Below the pieces are notes generated by a model. It saw only the letters and a program-made list of their open reading frames with translations, was not told the origin of the DNA and made no database searches. Of a DNA stretch of 64,000 bases, positions 39,301-52,821 are shown in pieces (position 1 is the stretch's first letter; each line of letters begins with the position of its first letter). The translations under genes were made by a program, and so were the position numbers. The stretch comes from Asterias rubens (taxonomy: Eukaryota): positions 10,292,001-10,356,000 of the forward strand of contig NC_047072.1 in the NCBI RefSeq assembly GCF_902459465.1. Direction: 5' to 3'.

Positions 39301-42300
39301 NNNNNNNNNNNNNNNNNNNNNNNNNNNNNNNNNNNNNNNNNNNNNNNNNNNNNNNNNNNNNNNNNNNNNNNNNNNNNNNNNNNNNNNNNNNNNNNNNNNN
39401 NNNNNNNNNNNNNNNNNNNNNNNNNNNNNNNNNNNNNNNNNNNNNNNNNNNNNNNNNNNNNNNNNNNNNNNNTTGAGTATTACACTAAAAGAAATCTAGA
39501 AAACAAGTTAAAGAGCAGCCTTGGGTTTGGTCTCGGACAGTCTGGATGATGAAGCCAAACAAACTCTTTGATGTTATACTTCTTAGGATTTACAGCCTCT
39601 CTTGTCAAAATTAATCCAGGACAGATAGTCGGATAACAAATCTCATTTTTTGTTGGGTTTCCGTCGGAATTTATTTTTAATGAGAGAATTGGTTTAAAGC
39701 CATTGGACACTTTCGGTAAACGGTATTGTCCAAAGGCCCACACTTTGTGTATCACAACTTATATATAAAATAACAAACCTGTGAAAATTTAGGAAAACCC
39801 ACCCTTTCCACACGTTTCACCGTGTCAGGACATGTGTTTTAAATAAATCTGTTATTCTCGATATCGAGAATTGATAATTGTTTTAATGTTTTCTCAAAAA
39901 GTAAAGCATTTCATGGAATAATATTTCAAGAGAAGTCTTTCACCATTACCATTTTTAAACCCTGTAATCTATTTGTAAGTCTGTGAAAAAGGCACACAGT
40001 TCCCTGATGCACTAAAGACATGCTCTATGCTGATGCACCAAACTGAGCGCTGCAGGCTTGACTGGGTGTAGTAGAACACACCTGCGGTTTTAGAGTCAAT
40101 CTCAAAGGTTTTGAGGTCATTATATTTCACTAATACACTGGTTTTTTCACCCATTTGGTATTGTATGCATATGTTTAGATACACCAGGTGAGTATACTGC
40201 TCTTTGACAATTACAAAACATGTCCAGTGCCTTTAAAAAGCAATATTCAGTTACAGGATATTTTTCTGGCTTTACCTGCTTGTCTAGTTCCCCGTCTCTC
40301 AGCGTAGGGATTAAACCTTCTGGCTTGAGTTTGAGCAGTTGATGTAGATTATGCATGGCGTGCAGCCTCTGTAGAGAATCCGTCTTCAATCTGTCTTTGT
40401 GCTCCTCAGCAGACAGCAGAACATCGCGATAATGCTGTATTGCATCAAGTGTCTGGCGAGGCAAAATGGTGGAAAGATTTTCAAAATAACTAAACATGGG
40501 ATGAGAGAAGTGGTGTTTTACTCAAAAGTCATGATTGTTATGAACATTTGTATTGTCACTATTTGAACTGCAAATACATTCATCTTTCACTAAACCTAAT
40601 CTCAATCCTCAATTATGTTTATAAAGTGAACAACTTCTCATAAAATCTAAGTAAGCTGCCGTTTTTTTTTCGTTTTCACAAAGTGACATTTTGCATATGG
40701 TAATCTAGCATATGAGTATGTGTGCTTAAATGAAGGTTCAATGCAAGACGACCCTCTGACGCTTTCAGTTTTCACGAAGTGACAGTTTTGATACGGGCAA
40801 TTTGCACAATGTGTGCTGTGTATTTGTTAGTTTTCACAAAATGTTCTGTCTATTTTTTTGAACAGTTGTTCATTAAAAATGATTTTATTTGTAAGAAGTA
40901 ATTGGCTAGAACACTTCAGGTATCAACTTTCATTCACAAATTTTTGGGGAATTTCCCCGTTATACAAATTCGCCCAAGAACGATATAAAAAGATCACCAA
41001 CTTCAAATGCGATTATTTCTAAACCCAGCTTTTCCTCTGTGGAGTCTGTTGTGTCAGTTTGTGAAACCTGAGACAAATTTAGTCTTTGTCTTCTCTCCAT
41101 TGGGTTCTTGGCTAGTATAGTGATTAAGTTCACTTTTCTTAGAGTCCATGGCTTCACAACCAGTATGAATCAATCAAAAAATGCCGTGCAAATCAGACTC
41201 ACCTCCCCTTTGATGACGCAAACTGCAGCCAGGCCGTTGAGGGCGCACACCAGCTGCCTGTGCGCTTCTTCAGACTCCACCTTGGCTTTGAGAGTCAGTG
41301 ATTGGAGAAGCTCAGCCATGGTCAGCCTGTTACGTTGCATGCTGACAAACTCACCGCGGACGGCCTGGGGATGGCAGCAGGCTTGGCGGAGCCTCAGCAA
41401 GGGGTTCATCAACTGGTCAGGAGGAACACAAAGAAAAAAGAAATGAAGTGCCATAGTTTTTGAGAAAGAAGTAATTTTCCACGAATTTGACTTCAAGACC
41501 TCAGATTTAGAACTTGAGGTCTCAAAATCAACCATCTAAACGCACACACCTTCGTGTGACAATGGTGTTTTTTTTCTTTCACTATTATCTCGCAAGTTTG
41601 ACGACCAATTGAGCTCAAATTTTCACAGGTTTCTTATTTTATGCATATGTTGAGATACACTAACTGTGCAGGCTAGACTTTGACAATGACCAATAGTGTA
41701 CACGGCCTTTAAAGGGTCTGTATACGTTTGGTAATTGCCAAAGACCCGTATTCTCACTTGGTGTGTCCCAACATATGCATAAAATAACAAACCTGTGAAC
41801 ATATGGGCTCAATTGGTCTTCGAATTTGCAAGAGAATAATAACAGAAAAAACACCCTGTTGTTGCTAAGCTTACTTGTTGCATTACTTTGTGTGCTTTCA
41901 GAAGCATAAAAAAAGGCTTCAGCTGAACTATTGTACTATTTGAGTGAGAAATAACCTCTTTCTCAAAAACTGAGTTACTTCAGAGGGAGCCGTTTCTCAC
42001 AATGTTTTATACTATCAACAGCTCTCCAAGTAAGTTTTTATGCTAACAATTATTTTTAGTAATTTCCAATAGTTTTTATCAGAGCCTCTAGGTTCTGTAT
42101 ACTTTTGGTAACGACTCTGAAAATTAATGACAATAAAAATCTCACAGCAGCTTTGGATAGTAAAATGCTTTTTGAGAAACATTTCACTTCGCAGAACTGG
42201 GTTATGGACTAAGATATCACTTTTTATCCCCCAAAATTTGAAAATAAGAAGCATTACTGCGGTAACGCTTCTCAGATTGTGTATTCCAATGTGGATTATT

Positions 42301-45300
42301 CTTCCTACATGGACATTATTGCTTCACAGTTTCAGCGCTACCACTTGTTTTCACAAAGTTTCCTGCATGAGGATCACCCTAAACTGAAATCCTACCTTTT
42401 GAACTGTAGCTCTATCGAGAGTGCTGAGTTTGGTTTGGACGTCAAACGTCAGACGCCCGGTCACCTGGAGGAAATTATTGGAGCAGTCTTCGTGTTTGCG
42501 TTTGTAGAAGTGTGTCTCGATTGGTGAGAAATTCAGCCAATGGGTTTCCTCTGTTTGGGCTGGAATATTAATCTGGCAAACAGGAAAAACATATATTTTG
42601 TTTAAAGAATAGTTATTGGCAAAGACAAAATTGTCTTTAGAGTTTTGTTGTCCCCAAGCTTAGTGCCAAAATCTGCGCTAGAAGACTGAGGTTTGCAGGG
42701 CACTGCTATCGCCACCCTGAGCTTCCAGCCAGCAAGCTTGTGGTCTGGGAGCCCAAGCAAGGTCAAGCCCAAAGAGGTCGAGGCCATCTGACCTATGTCG
42801 ATCTGCTGAAAAAGGACACTGGATTTGTGACAGCTGGGGAAGTGTCCACGTGCATGGGGGACAGGAAGACCTGGAGAAACCTCAGCCGTAATATCATTGA
42901 GCGAGGACACCACTTGAAATAGAAGAAGATGAGCCGGTCTGGTGCACTGGACTGACATTCTAGTAACATCTTCAGAACATTGATTTGGGTCCCAGTCATG
43001 GGATTTGTTGCCTTAATAAGGAAGACCTCTAACATTTTCTTCTTGAAGCCCTTTGCCAGGAGTGGCGTTTAGCTTTGAAACACCCGTAGAATAAGTGTGC
43101 TCAAACATCTGCTTAAAAATCTGCTAATACTAAATTGTAATACAACCCCCGTGCTAAAGAACTAGTGAGCAATCAAACTTGCATAAGTGTTCAATTTTTA
43201 AGCATAAATCTGCATTCACACTTTATGGTATAAGAAAAATAATACTTTTCAGCTGAATAAGGTGGAATATTTGGGTTATGCAACTCAAAATTAATGGGAA
43301 TTTAAACAAAACAACAATTGTTTACAATGGGCGACCACACATGTCTGATATTATGATCCTACATTTACAATTTGGAATTTATATTTTTATGAACATGATC
43401 CACACCTGATTGATAACGTCTTTCTTGGCACTGCGCCAAAGCACTTTTGCCAGAGCCTCTTCCATTGGTTCCTGGTTGCCACGGAGATAGGGCTTGTAGA
43501 GGATGTTGTCCCACCAGCATTTGACCCAATATGGCTCCATGCCAAGGAAGAGGATTAATCCATACAAATCTATGTAGAGTGGAATTCAAAACATGGTATC
43601 GTGATTGTTAGAAAAACTTAAAACTACTTCTTCTTCTTTAAAGGTTAATTACATTATCGGTAAAAAACAAACTTGTCTTAGATCACAGATTTACATAAAA
43701 CTTACACGGTCTAATGATAATGATAGAAGAAAACATCCCTTGAAATATTTCTGTCTGAAATGTCATAATTTGATGAGAAATAAAAACAATTAATTTCCCG
43801 TTTGGAATTTTAATCATTTCTTTATAATCGATGTCATGCAAATTGTATTATTGGTCTTTCACTATGAGTTTCTTGTGACCCAAATGGTCGATCAAACTTC
43901 TACAGGTTTGTCATTTTATGTACAATGTATCTGTAATATTCGTTTAAAAATGTTGCTTGTTCTTGAAGTCGAGCTCTATGAAATTGGTCCCTGGTAATAG
44001 ATATTAAGGTTCGAATTGATGAGATTAAAGTTGATTGGAATGCTGTCCACTCCAGCGCTTTCTTGGTGTGACCACGTGGAAGAACACCTTCTTTTTGCCA
44101 CCTTCCATCTCTCATGGATGTACTAATGCCGATTTATTCTGCCCAATCTGGCCCATTCTCAACACCAAAAGAAAAACATATCTTATGCAACGGATGAGCA
44201 GTAAATTTCATTTCTTTCTCTGAGTCTAAAAGAATCAACATGAAAAAACATGTGAGCAATAAACTTACTGGACAAGTCTCTCTGCACAGGAGTACCAGTG
44301 ACACACCACCGGTTCACAGCAGTTAGCTGCAGAGCCATCTCAGCTGTCTGTATAAACAAACATAAACATTACACTGAACTCTTAAAAGCACACATATCTA
44401 ACCTGACATGAAGGACAAACAAACAAAGTCCATGCTGAGAACATTAAAGCCTGGTTCGTACTTCCTGCGAATGCGATACAAATTTTGACACACATTCACA
44501 ACAAATAATTTGAAGGTTGAACTCTCTGCAACTCCAGTGAATGTTGGGATACACCAAATGAGAATTCTGGTCTTTGACAATACCCAAGGTGTCAAGTTCC
44601 TTTAAAACGCACAAATTTAGTAAGAAATTTGCTCTTGAACAAGAAGCCAGTGAAGAGAGTTTAATACAGGCGTGTGGTTTAAGGGGCGTTTACCTTAGCT
44701 GTGGGGCACTCTACCATTTGAGCCTCATCCAAGCAGACTCTCCACCATTCCACTGCTGGGAGGGGACTAGGGACTGCCATGTAGCGCTTGGCGTAGCGTA
44801 ATCGCCGTCCTTTCTGACCTATGTACAAGAAGCGTTTGGGCATAGAACTTTTTGTAATTGCTAATTCTTCACCTTTGTTTATATTAATTATTACATCATT
44901 TTTTTGGAGAGCGAATTAATTTTGACAGTATTATTTCAGAAGGAAATACTCTCCATAAAAAAATTGCACTGGTACATATAACACAGTTTTTACGTTTTTA
45001 TGTAACTGAATAGAAGAGACATTAAAGCAGCTCACTGTTTGTTTGAAGTAGACCTACATAGTTGAGTTCTGATCTCAGCGTGTCATAGGTTGTGATGACA
45101 ATGTCATGTTGGGCAAGAGAACGAGGGTGCAGAAAACCTTGCTTTTTCACACCATCATAGACCTGGGGGAAAAAAAGTATTCTCAGTAAGAGACTTTCTG
45201 GGATGATAGGTGGCAGCAGACTTACTGGGTAAAGCCAGAACTATGCGCATGTTCAGAACTATGTAAACAATGGAAATTTACCCGGTAAGTCTGCTGCCAC

Positions 45301-48300
45301 CTAGCATTGGAAAGTCAGTGTTCCCAGTGGAACACTCAAGATTGCTCCTAATGGAACACACAGTGTTCCCGATAAACAGCCAGTGTTCCAATTGGGACAG
45401 TCAGTGTTTCCAATGCAAACACTCAGAACACTCAGTAAATTCCTAATGAAACAGAAATGTTTCCCAATGAAACTGTCAGTGTTCCCAAAGTAACAGTCAG
45501 TGCAGTGTTTCCAATGGAACAGTCAAGAATCCACACGCAGTGTTCCAACCATTCCCTAGTATTAAATTGCTCTTTTGCTGCCACCATACACAAACATGCA
45601 CTTCTCTAACTTAGCACCCCCAAAAAAGGGGAAAAAGTAGCCGGTCACACTTAACTTTTGTTCAGTGTTTTTTCAGTTTTCTAAGGGTCTTTTTTCTAAG
45701 AGAAAATCAGCTGATCAGCTGAAAAGTTTTATGCCTGCATATATCCTTCTTTAACAGTTAAGTGGAACTTACGAGTACTTTAAGTGTCCGTGCACAAACA
45801 TGTCTATTGATCTCATCAATCCATTGGTGGCAGATTGGTTTGGGGGAGACTATCAGGGTGGCTCCAGATGACACTGCAGGCTGAGGGAGAACAAATATTC
45901 AAAACAGTTCACACATTTTTTAGGGTACACTGTAGATAATAATGTGTTTGACATTGCAATGAAGCCAGGACCCAATATCATAGAGCTGCTTTAAAGCAGA
46001 CAATTTTGCTTACAAATTGTGTGCTTAGCAAAAATAAGCAGGATACCAATCAGAAATGAAACATGTCACATAGGATGTTGGCTGGTAACCTTAATCTGGT
46101 TAGCATGGTTTTGTAATGTTTTTAAAACTACTTTTTCTGCTTAAGCAGCGCTATGAAACTTGGCCTTTGTCACATTCCCAACTAAACTGTTGCCATGGAA
46201 CTTTATGATCATCAGATAAAAGGCTGGAAATTATTTAGAGGGCACAGAGGCCCCTTCAAAAGTTCCCAATATACTGACAGAACGGTTGATTTGATTGGAG
46301 GTAAAATACTGCACAAATACTTAGTGGGATGATGTGGCCTAGCGGATAAGAGCACCAAACTGAAGCTCTGGTGTTTCTGTTCAGCAGAGTTTGGGTTTGG
46401 GTTCCAGTTGTGACACTTATGTCCCTGAGCAAGACACTTAACTATTATTGCTTCTCTCTACCCAGGGGTAAATGGGTACCTGTGAGGACAGAAATGGTTC
46501 TTGTGATTGGTTTAGCTTTACAGTAGCCTATATTTGTTGCACCATCGTTGCACAGGCTGTATACTCCCCAGGGAGCTGAGATGGTTTAAGGAATGACCCA
46601 ATGGCCCAGTGGCTAGGGGTTATGATGTTGGAAGCACTTGGGTGTGAAAAGCGCGATATAATTTTGTATTTTTTATTAATTATTATTATTACCTGATCCA
46701 CACAGCACATTGGGCACAGACTGCATTCACTCTCTGGTACTCCTCTGTAATCGACGCACTTCCTATGCTGCCATCCATTGCACTGCCTGCACTCATAGAA
46801 CAGCTCTCGGTCAAGCTCTTCTTCATACACACCGCAGATACAATGGAACTTAAAGTTAGGGTCTTCCTTGCTCTTCCGCCTGGATATACTGACGGGGAGC
46901 TTTTTGCTCCGCTTCTTTGTCTTTTTGACTTTGAGTTCACAATCCTTCTCTAGTCCTTTCCCCTTTTTGGCAGTTTCTGATGTACTTGGACATTGTTTTG
47001 AGGTCTGGAGAGGAGATTCTCGTCCAGATCTTGATACCTCCCTCAGATCTGTTGAATCTGTACATTTATTTAATACATTACCCGTTTGATATTGGTTTGC
47101 AGAAGTAGTTAAAGCCCCGTCTGTATCATTGCACATTTTATCCTTCCGCTCGTTGGATATAAAAGAAACGGTTTCTTGCCCTGTTAATTCAGCTTTGATC
47201 AGTTCCTTGCTTTCCTGAGGAGGGTGTCTAGACCCTTGACTCTTTAGACCAATGCCAAGTCCAGAGTCAACTGAATCTAGCTTTGTAGGTTTGCACGGGA
47301 TGAGAAGCTCACATGAGGTAATTGGGTGGGAGTTTTCAACATACATTGCCTCTGCTTTAACTTTGGAAGTATTCTCCGGAACAGTTTGATGAAATTCTTT
47401 TCCTGGTGGTTCTAGATCACAGCTTGTGGAAGTCTGAGCCGCGAAAATAGTTTTTGAACCATTGATTACTGAGTTAGATGGCTCTGTGTCCATGGTAATG
47501 TTATTGTGATACTGTATGTGTATGTGGTCTACTTCTAAAGACTTGCCTTGCGATGATGCCTCTGGAGTTGGGTTTTCCAATACTTGATCAGTTTTAATTC
47601 CTGATTCAGGAAACTGAGGGAGGTTTGCCTTAGAGACTCCTTGATGACAGTTTGAGCGGCTTGTACTTGCAACAGTATTTAACTCAGATTTAGAAGAATG
47701 AATCTTACCAGTTTCGCTGTTAGAATCTACAATGCCAGTGGTACAGCTGAGTTGGTCTATGTCGATGATAGTGTCAATACTTCCAATAAGTGGGTCCGAG
47801 TCCACTTCAGAGATCTTTGCTTCAATCGATTCTCGCCCAGGAAGTACTTTCAACAAGGCTTTCCCAGAAGGAACTTCCATCAATGCTTCTCCAGGAGGTA
47901 CTTCCAAAGATTCTTTCCCAGGAGGTACTTCAAACAATGCTTCCCTAGGAGGTACTTCCAACGCTTCCCCAGGAGAGACTTCCAACGATGCTCCTCCAGC
48001 AGATACTTCCAACATCTGTTTTGAATTATTGACTCCTGATCCTGGTATTAAAGAAGACTCTTTATTGTCATCTTCTTGATGGGAGAACTCAGAACTTGTA
48101 CTCCTGACAGTATCAATATCAGATGAAGGATTCTCGGCAGTGTCGTTGTTGGAATCCAAGACGCTACCAGGGTACCTAGGATGGGCAAGGATGCAGGCAA
48201 TGACCTCTACTGTCTTGCCCAAACCCATCTCATCCGCTAGGATTCCACCAGGAAATGATGGCTTCTGAGTGAAACGCTGCCTGGTGAATCTGTATTAAAA

Positions 48301-51300
48301 TAAAGAGACAATTTCATTTTCCAAGAGACAAAGAGACATAGAGTTTATCAACAGAATATTACAAGAAAAATGCAAAAAATTTTAAAACACAAATCTCACA
48401 CTAAAATCAAAGAGAATATTACAATCAGTCTGATTGAGGAAGCCCTCCATCAAATTTGTCCCTCCCGATGGAAATATATTCTTGAAGGGGTCAATTAACT
48501 CCCGTACAGGAACGTATTTCAAAGTCACATTTTAGACTACAAAGTACATAGGATGGAAATACTCAGGAGGAAATTGAAACTAATGTATTCAATGAAATTT
48601 CATGTTTGTTTTATTGACCCAATTCACCTGCTGTCATCATCAGAATAATCTTGGATGCACCATACTGGTGGGCAATGTCACTGTGCGTTATTCAGTGAAG
48701 GGCAAATTTTAGGTGACGCCGTGTTTACACGTTAACCTATGTGCCCACCAACATGGTGAGCGTGGCACAGTCGCCGTGTGTGACGGACGTGCAAGGGGTC
48801 AATACTTGACGCATAAACAATTCAATTCAATTCAATAATCAGTTCGAAGAGGATTCAAGTCAGATAGTTCCGTCAACAAAAGAGATGTCAACCACTCTCA
48901 CTGGATATTATTTGAGCTTACATTTTCAAGACAAGGAAGGTCTAAATTTTGTTTTGTTCCTAATTTTTGTTTTTACTGTCGACCTCGTTTCACCATTAGG
49001 GCAATTTGGAAATAGCTTTTAACATTCTTTTACATTTTAATACCCTACTTGCGTCTCAAGTTTGACCCTACATTTAAGGTAACTGAAGCAAATTTTTACT
49101 TACTGTCCACTGTGTACATTGTAATACAATGTCTCCTCACCCAGTCTGACCTTTGACCAGAGGCAATGCAGCTTCCCTTCTACACTCTCCTCCTCCTCCT
49201 CTTCCTCCCGTCTCTTAATCCCGTAGCCCTCCTTCTGCAGCATCCAGGCCACTGCCTGACGCTGGTACTCTCGGAGGGTCGGCACGAGGTACGGACTCTG
49301 CAATTGGACGTCCAGGGTAATGGAGTCGTCTCCATTTATAGCATGCCGAAGGCGTATTGCGTCAAAGAGTTTGTTGAAATCGTGCCGTTTGGAAGTAACA
49401 TCGTGGAGCAGTGGTGCTATCAGGAAGGAAGATATTGTGTTTGTTATTTTCTTCAACATGTTGTGCTATAAAATATGAAAGACAAATAGTCAATGTTGAA
49501 TGTTTCTACATAAACTAGACTACCCCTGCTCGAGCACATAGTCCGGTAGTTTTACTATTGTTGTAATGTTATGGGGTCGACTAGAGGGAAATAACTAACA
49601 CTAAGAAGTTTATTTATATTATATAACATATAGATGACCTTATGTAGTCGCCAATTGGAAAGTGGGTGTATTCATGCAAAATCAGGAAAGAATTAATGAA
49701 CGATTGAATGAATTCATATTGGACTTATTGCTGTTATTGTTTATAAACTAACCTGGGAGTGGGTAGCCATGGAACCAGTGCATGATCCTCTGTATATGAT
49801 GGGAATAGACATCTGCTCTAGTGACGAATTCTGCGGCAAACGCTGGTGTGGATATTCCTTGATGGGGAATGCAGACAGACAGCGACAGATGACCCGTCTT
49901 GGAATTGTAATCGTGGTGAATGAGTTTCAGCTGTGGGTGATTAAGTGATTAGGTTGTGCTTTGAATTTATACAAACAAAGAGACCAAAAAACAGTAAGTT
50001 CAGAACAACAGTGGAAAAAACAAATCCTAGTCAGGTTTCACAAAATGGATCTTTTTTGGGTCTTCCTTCTCATGAATGGGAGTGAAAACAATGCAGGGAA
50101 TCCAAAACACCTTTACTATTCCACTTGGCGAGTAAAACAAAGGTTCCTTTTCACAATAAACATAACAGATAAGAGGCCCGGTGGTAAACCAATGATGAAA
50201 TCGCATTTATATTGCAACAGCCCAATGTGTCAACTAAATTTTCCTTCATGCACAAGCCCCTTGTCTCTATTTTCTTACTACTGTATAACTCAAGAGTAGT
50301 TCATAATTATTATTATTACTTTGATTAAGATCCCAAAGAGATTGATATTTGCTAGATATTTTGACACAATAGACAACAATAAATATGACGTCACCATTCA
50401 AATACCTGCCCTACAACATGGCAACTTTCATAACAAGAAAGGGGTTATTCAATACAAAATTAACTAAAATAGCCAGTGGCTGTGAGGGTTAAATTTACCT
50501 TAGTTTTTAATGTCTGTTGATGGCAAATGTACTGCAGGGAGTCCAAGCATACATCTTTTGGCTCATTAACAATCTCAGCTACAAGGCACATGTACACAGA
50601 TGGAGAGTACCCCGTTGGCGCATTCTCTGCATTGCCCATCGTGTAATCAAACACCAGGTAGTGTGGTCTCGGCGCGCAGATAAACAGGGAACAGCGCCCT
50701 CTTGGGAATTGTTTTGGTAAAGTCTGATCTCGGAGTGGGCTTTCCGAAAGGGTCTCTGGAAAGGGGTTGCGAATCTTGGACGGGCTGTGTGCCTTGAGGA
50801 TCAGGGTGATTTGCCCGAGTTGGCACATGGAGGACTCCTTCGGGGTCTGTTCGTTAAGAGTGATGCTATAGCTAGCTCGTTCCCACAGGGTATTGTATTC
50901 AGCCTTTGTGATATGATTGGGAGGTGCCTGTTATTTGTATATAAAACAAAGAAAACAAAAGTAACTATACAAAGAGAGTACACATTTGTAATAAAAGGAA
51001 CTTTAGAAGATCAAACGACTTAGAACAAGAGGTCTTGCAAGAGGTCTTGCATAAATGCACAGATTTCCTGAACAGCAAAATGGAGGTTGAACAACCACAA
51101 TTTTGGAACACCTGTGCAGGCCTGTATGCTTCGTTTTTAAAAGGGCAGGGGGTACAACGGCGTTTCCTTCTAGCTTAGTTAAGGGCACCCTTTGAGGAAA
51201 TTGTAAATTTCTACTGGAGCATTTCAAGGGCAGGCAGGCGTTGACCAGGGGGCATAAAGCCAATCGCCTTTGTTGCCTCCGTGAAGTATCAGGCCTGGAA

Positions 51301-51571
51301 TCTGCCTCTATGCTCTAGTCTAACTTACCAGGCAAACAGTTTCCTTAACTGTGGATTCCACCAGTCCCCCGTCGGTGTGTGACGAGGATGTTGGACTGAA
51401 CGGAGATAGATCTGATTCTACGGTCAACTCCACATCATCTACTTCAGCACCAGGTGGGACGGCACTGCAGCTAGTTGAAGCTCCCTGGTTCTCATCATTC
51501 ATGTTCCACGTCAGGAGCCATCGTTTAGCAGGGTTGAGCTGTGTGGGACCTTTTCCTTTTCTCTTAGGCAT
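27323..51571 (-). CDS. SHPRH: E3 ubiquitin-protein ligase SHPRH (SNF2 ATPase, PHD, RING, helicase C-terminus)
   Basis: 26 coding exons in phase: 51329-51571, 50499-50927, 49753-49930, 49104-49416, 46693-48289, 45773-45880, 45036-45162, 44694-44818, 44269-44347, 43406-43569, 42396-42572, 41203-41412, 40276-40452, 39183-(gap), 38560-38696, 37999-38175, 36641-36709, 35851-36055, 34662-34805, 33910-34083, 32365-32550, 31723-31815, 30554-30646, 29223-29401, 28470-28550, 27323-27398. Motifs: [28 protein letters not shown] ([13 protein letters not shown]), [29 protein letters not shown] ([18 protein letters not shown]), [13 protein letters not shown]. Confidence 0.97.
31125..31388 (-). mobile_element. 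tRNA-derived SINE
   Basis: Reverse-complement of the 1111-1521 family (head and core). Confidence 0.85.
32814..33060 (+). mobile_element. tRNA-derived SINE, second subfamily
   Basis: GTGGCCGAGCGGATAAG head, CTTGTGTCCCTGAGCAAGACAC core and ACCCAGGGGTAAATGGGTACC body. A fuller copy with an AT tail lies at about 46325-46690. Confidence 0.85.
36753..37800. mobile_element. Kolobok-like non-autonomous element with a THAP-domain relic and an internal 260-bp tandem duplication
   Basis: Imperfect TIRs TTAGAGTCACCTGGAA and TTCCATGTGACTTTAA. From 37085 it reads [11 protein letters not shown], then, after frameshifts, LKHDAIP/TIFP. The duplication is 37086-37345 / 37346-37603. Confidence 0.72.
39280..39472. 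other. Assembly gap (193 N) hiding the 5' end of a SHPRH exon
   Basis: Run of N immediately upstream (minus sense) of [15 protein letters not shown]. Confidence 0.99.
45300..45545 (+). repeat. Degenerate minisatellite with a unit of about 20 bp (CAGTGTTCCCAATGGAAC-like)
   Basis: Repeated CAGTGTT(T/C)CC..GGAACA motifs in a SHPRH intron. Confidence 0.75.
47820..48010 (-). repeat. Coding tandem repeat of about 27 nt (9 aa) in the large SHPRH exon
   Basis: [62 protein letters not shown]. Confidence 0.9.
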
Positions 51572-52563
51572 TTTGTTTGGTTGTCTTCTAGATGTAGCTC
51601 CTAAAAACAAAAAGGCTGTCTACAGGTTCACAGGCATTCCAAACTGCAACCAAACAACAAAACTTTATAACTTAATTTTCTTTGTTGTTTTGTATGTTAA
51701 AATGCTCTGTTCTTCTTTACATGAATCTAAACACCCTTTACAACAATTGTAACTAGCTCGACGGCAGTAAAATTCAATCACTACTTTTTCACACAAGTGA
51801 CATTTGGTTTATATTACTTGCTTCCAAATCCATTTTCTTGTCTAATTATTACAATTTGACTCAGACAAAAGAATGGATAGCTTTATATATATAAAACCTT
51901 TTCTTTCTCTTTCTTTGTCTCTGTAGTGTAATAATTGTGGCCCACAAGGACTTTTTGTAGAGGGAATTAGGGTCCGAAAATGTTGTACACTCGTACAACA
52001 TTTTCGGACCCTAATTTGACCGTCTTACCGTCTTACCGTCCCACTTTTTCATTCAGTTCACTACCGAAAAGGGGAGAAAAGTTCAAAGTATGCATCAAAA
52101 TGTCTGATCATTTCGGACCATGGCCTTGGCAGGGGAAAGGCATAAAATAAATGCTAAAACAACAGAATAATAACAATACTCGGTATTTCCTTTGGATACT
52201 TTCAGTATCCTGCCACCACTTGTTCACTCATTTTTACAAAAAGGGATATCTCCCATCTCATTGAGACATTGGGGTAACTTTAGACTTAGAGTAGATACTT
52301 TCCACACTGAAAAAATAATAATAACAAAATAAAAAATCAGGTAAAAAAAACCTGAACAGATTCACCCAAGCGCAGCATGAATCACCAAGGTCATCAGCCT
52401 TTTTCTTCTTCCATGTACTAACACGGAATACGAAGAAGGACCAGCGGGTTAGGAATAGGATGTATTGTCAGTATTTTGTTCGACAAAATGAGAAAATTAA
52501 GCACAAACTAAACTTTTGTGTTCTAAAAAAAAAATACAATTTGGATTTGAAGTTTTTACTTAC

Positions 52564-52750
52564 CGGCATCAGCGATCACATGCACAATTCACTGCAGACT
52601 GCAGTTTGGGGTGTGTATATCGTGTACAGATTTTCATTGAGCTTTCAACGTTACTTTTTACTGAAGAAGATGCAAAATTTAACAAAAAGCGACCTGTCAG
52701 TGTCAGTGTCACCGTGTCCTCCACTGCGTGTTATGAACTCACACATGTTT
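52564..52750 (-). other. Probable non-coding first exon of SHPRH
   Basis: Consensus donor CCG|GTAAGT at 52564/52563 and a matching acceptor TTTTTAG|G at 51600, upstream of the ATG at 51571. The 5' boundary is a guess. Confidence 0.5.
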
Positions 52751-52821
52751 TCATACCACCACACCACTTGCATGGATCCTAGAAACAACCAATATAAATC
52801 AATATGGCCGTTTTTCTTAGC

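Noticed and set aside
47698-48079. Plus-strand ORFs of 108 and 115 aa
   Set aside because: Antisense shadows of the repeat-rich SHPRH exon.
49417-49465. Upstream acceptor at 49466 for SHPRH coding exon 4
   Set aside because: It shifts the frame away from LREYQRQ. The acceptor at 49417 keeps the phase.
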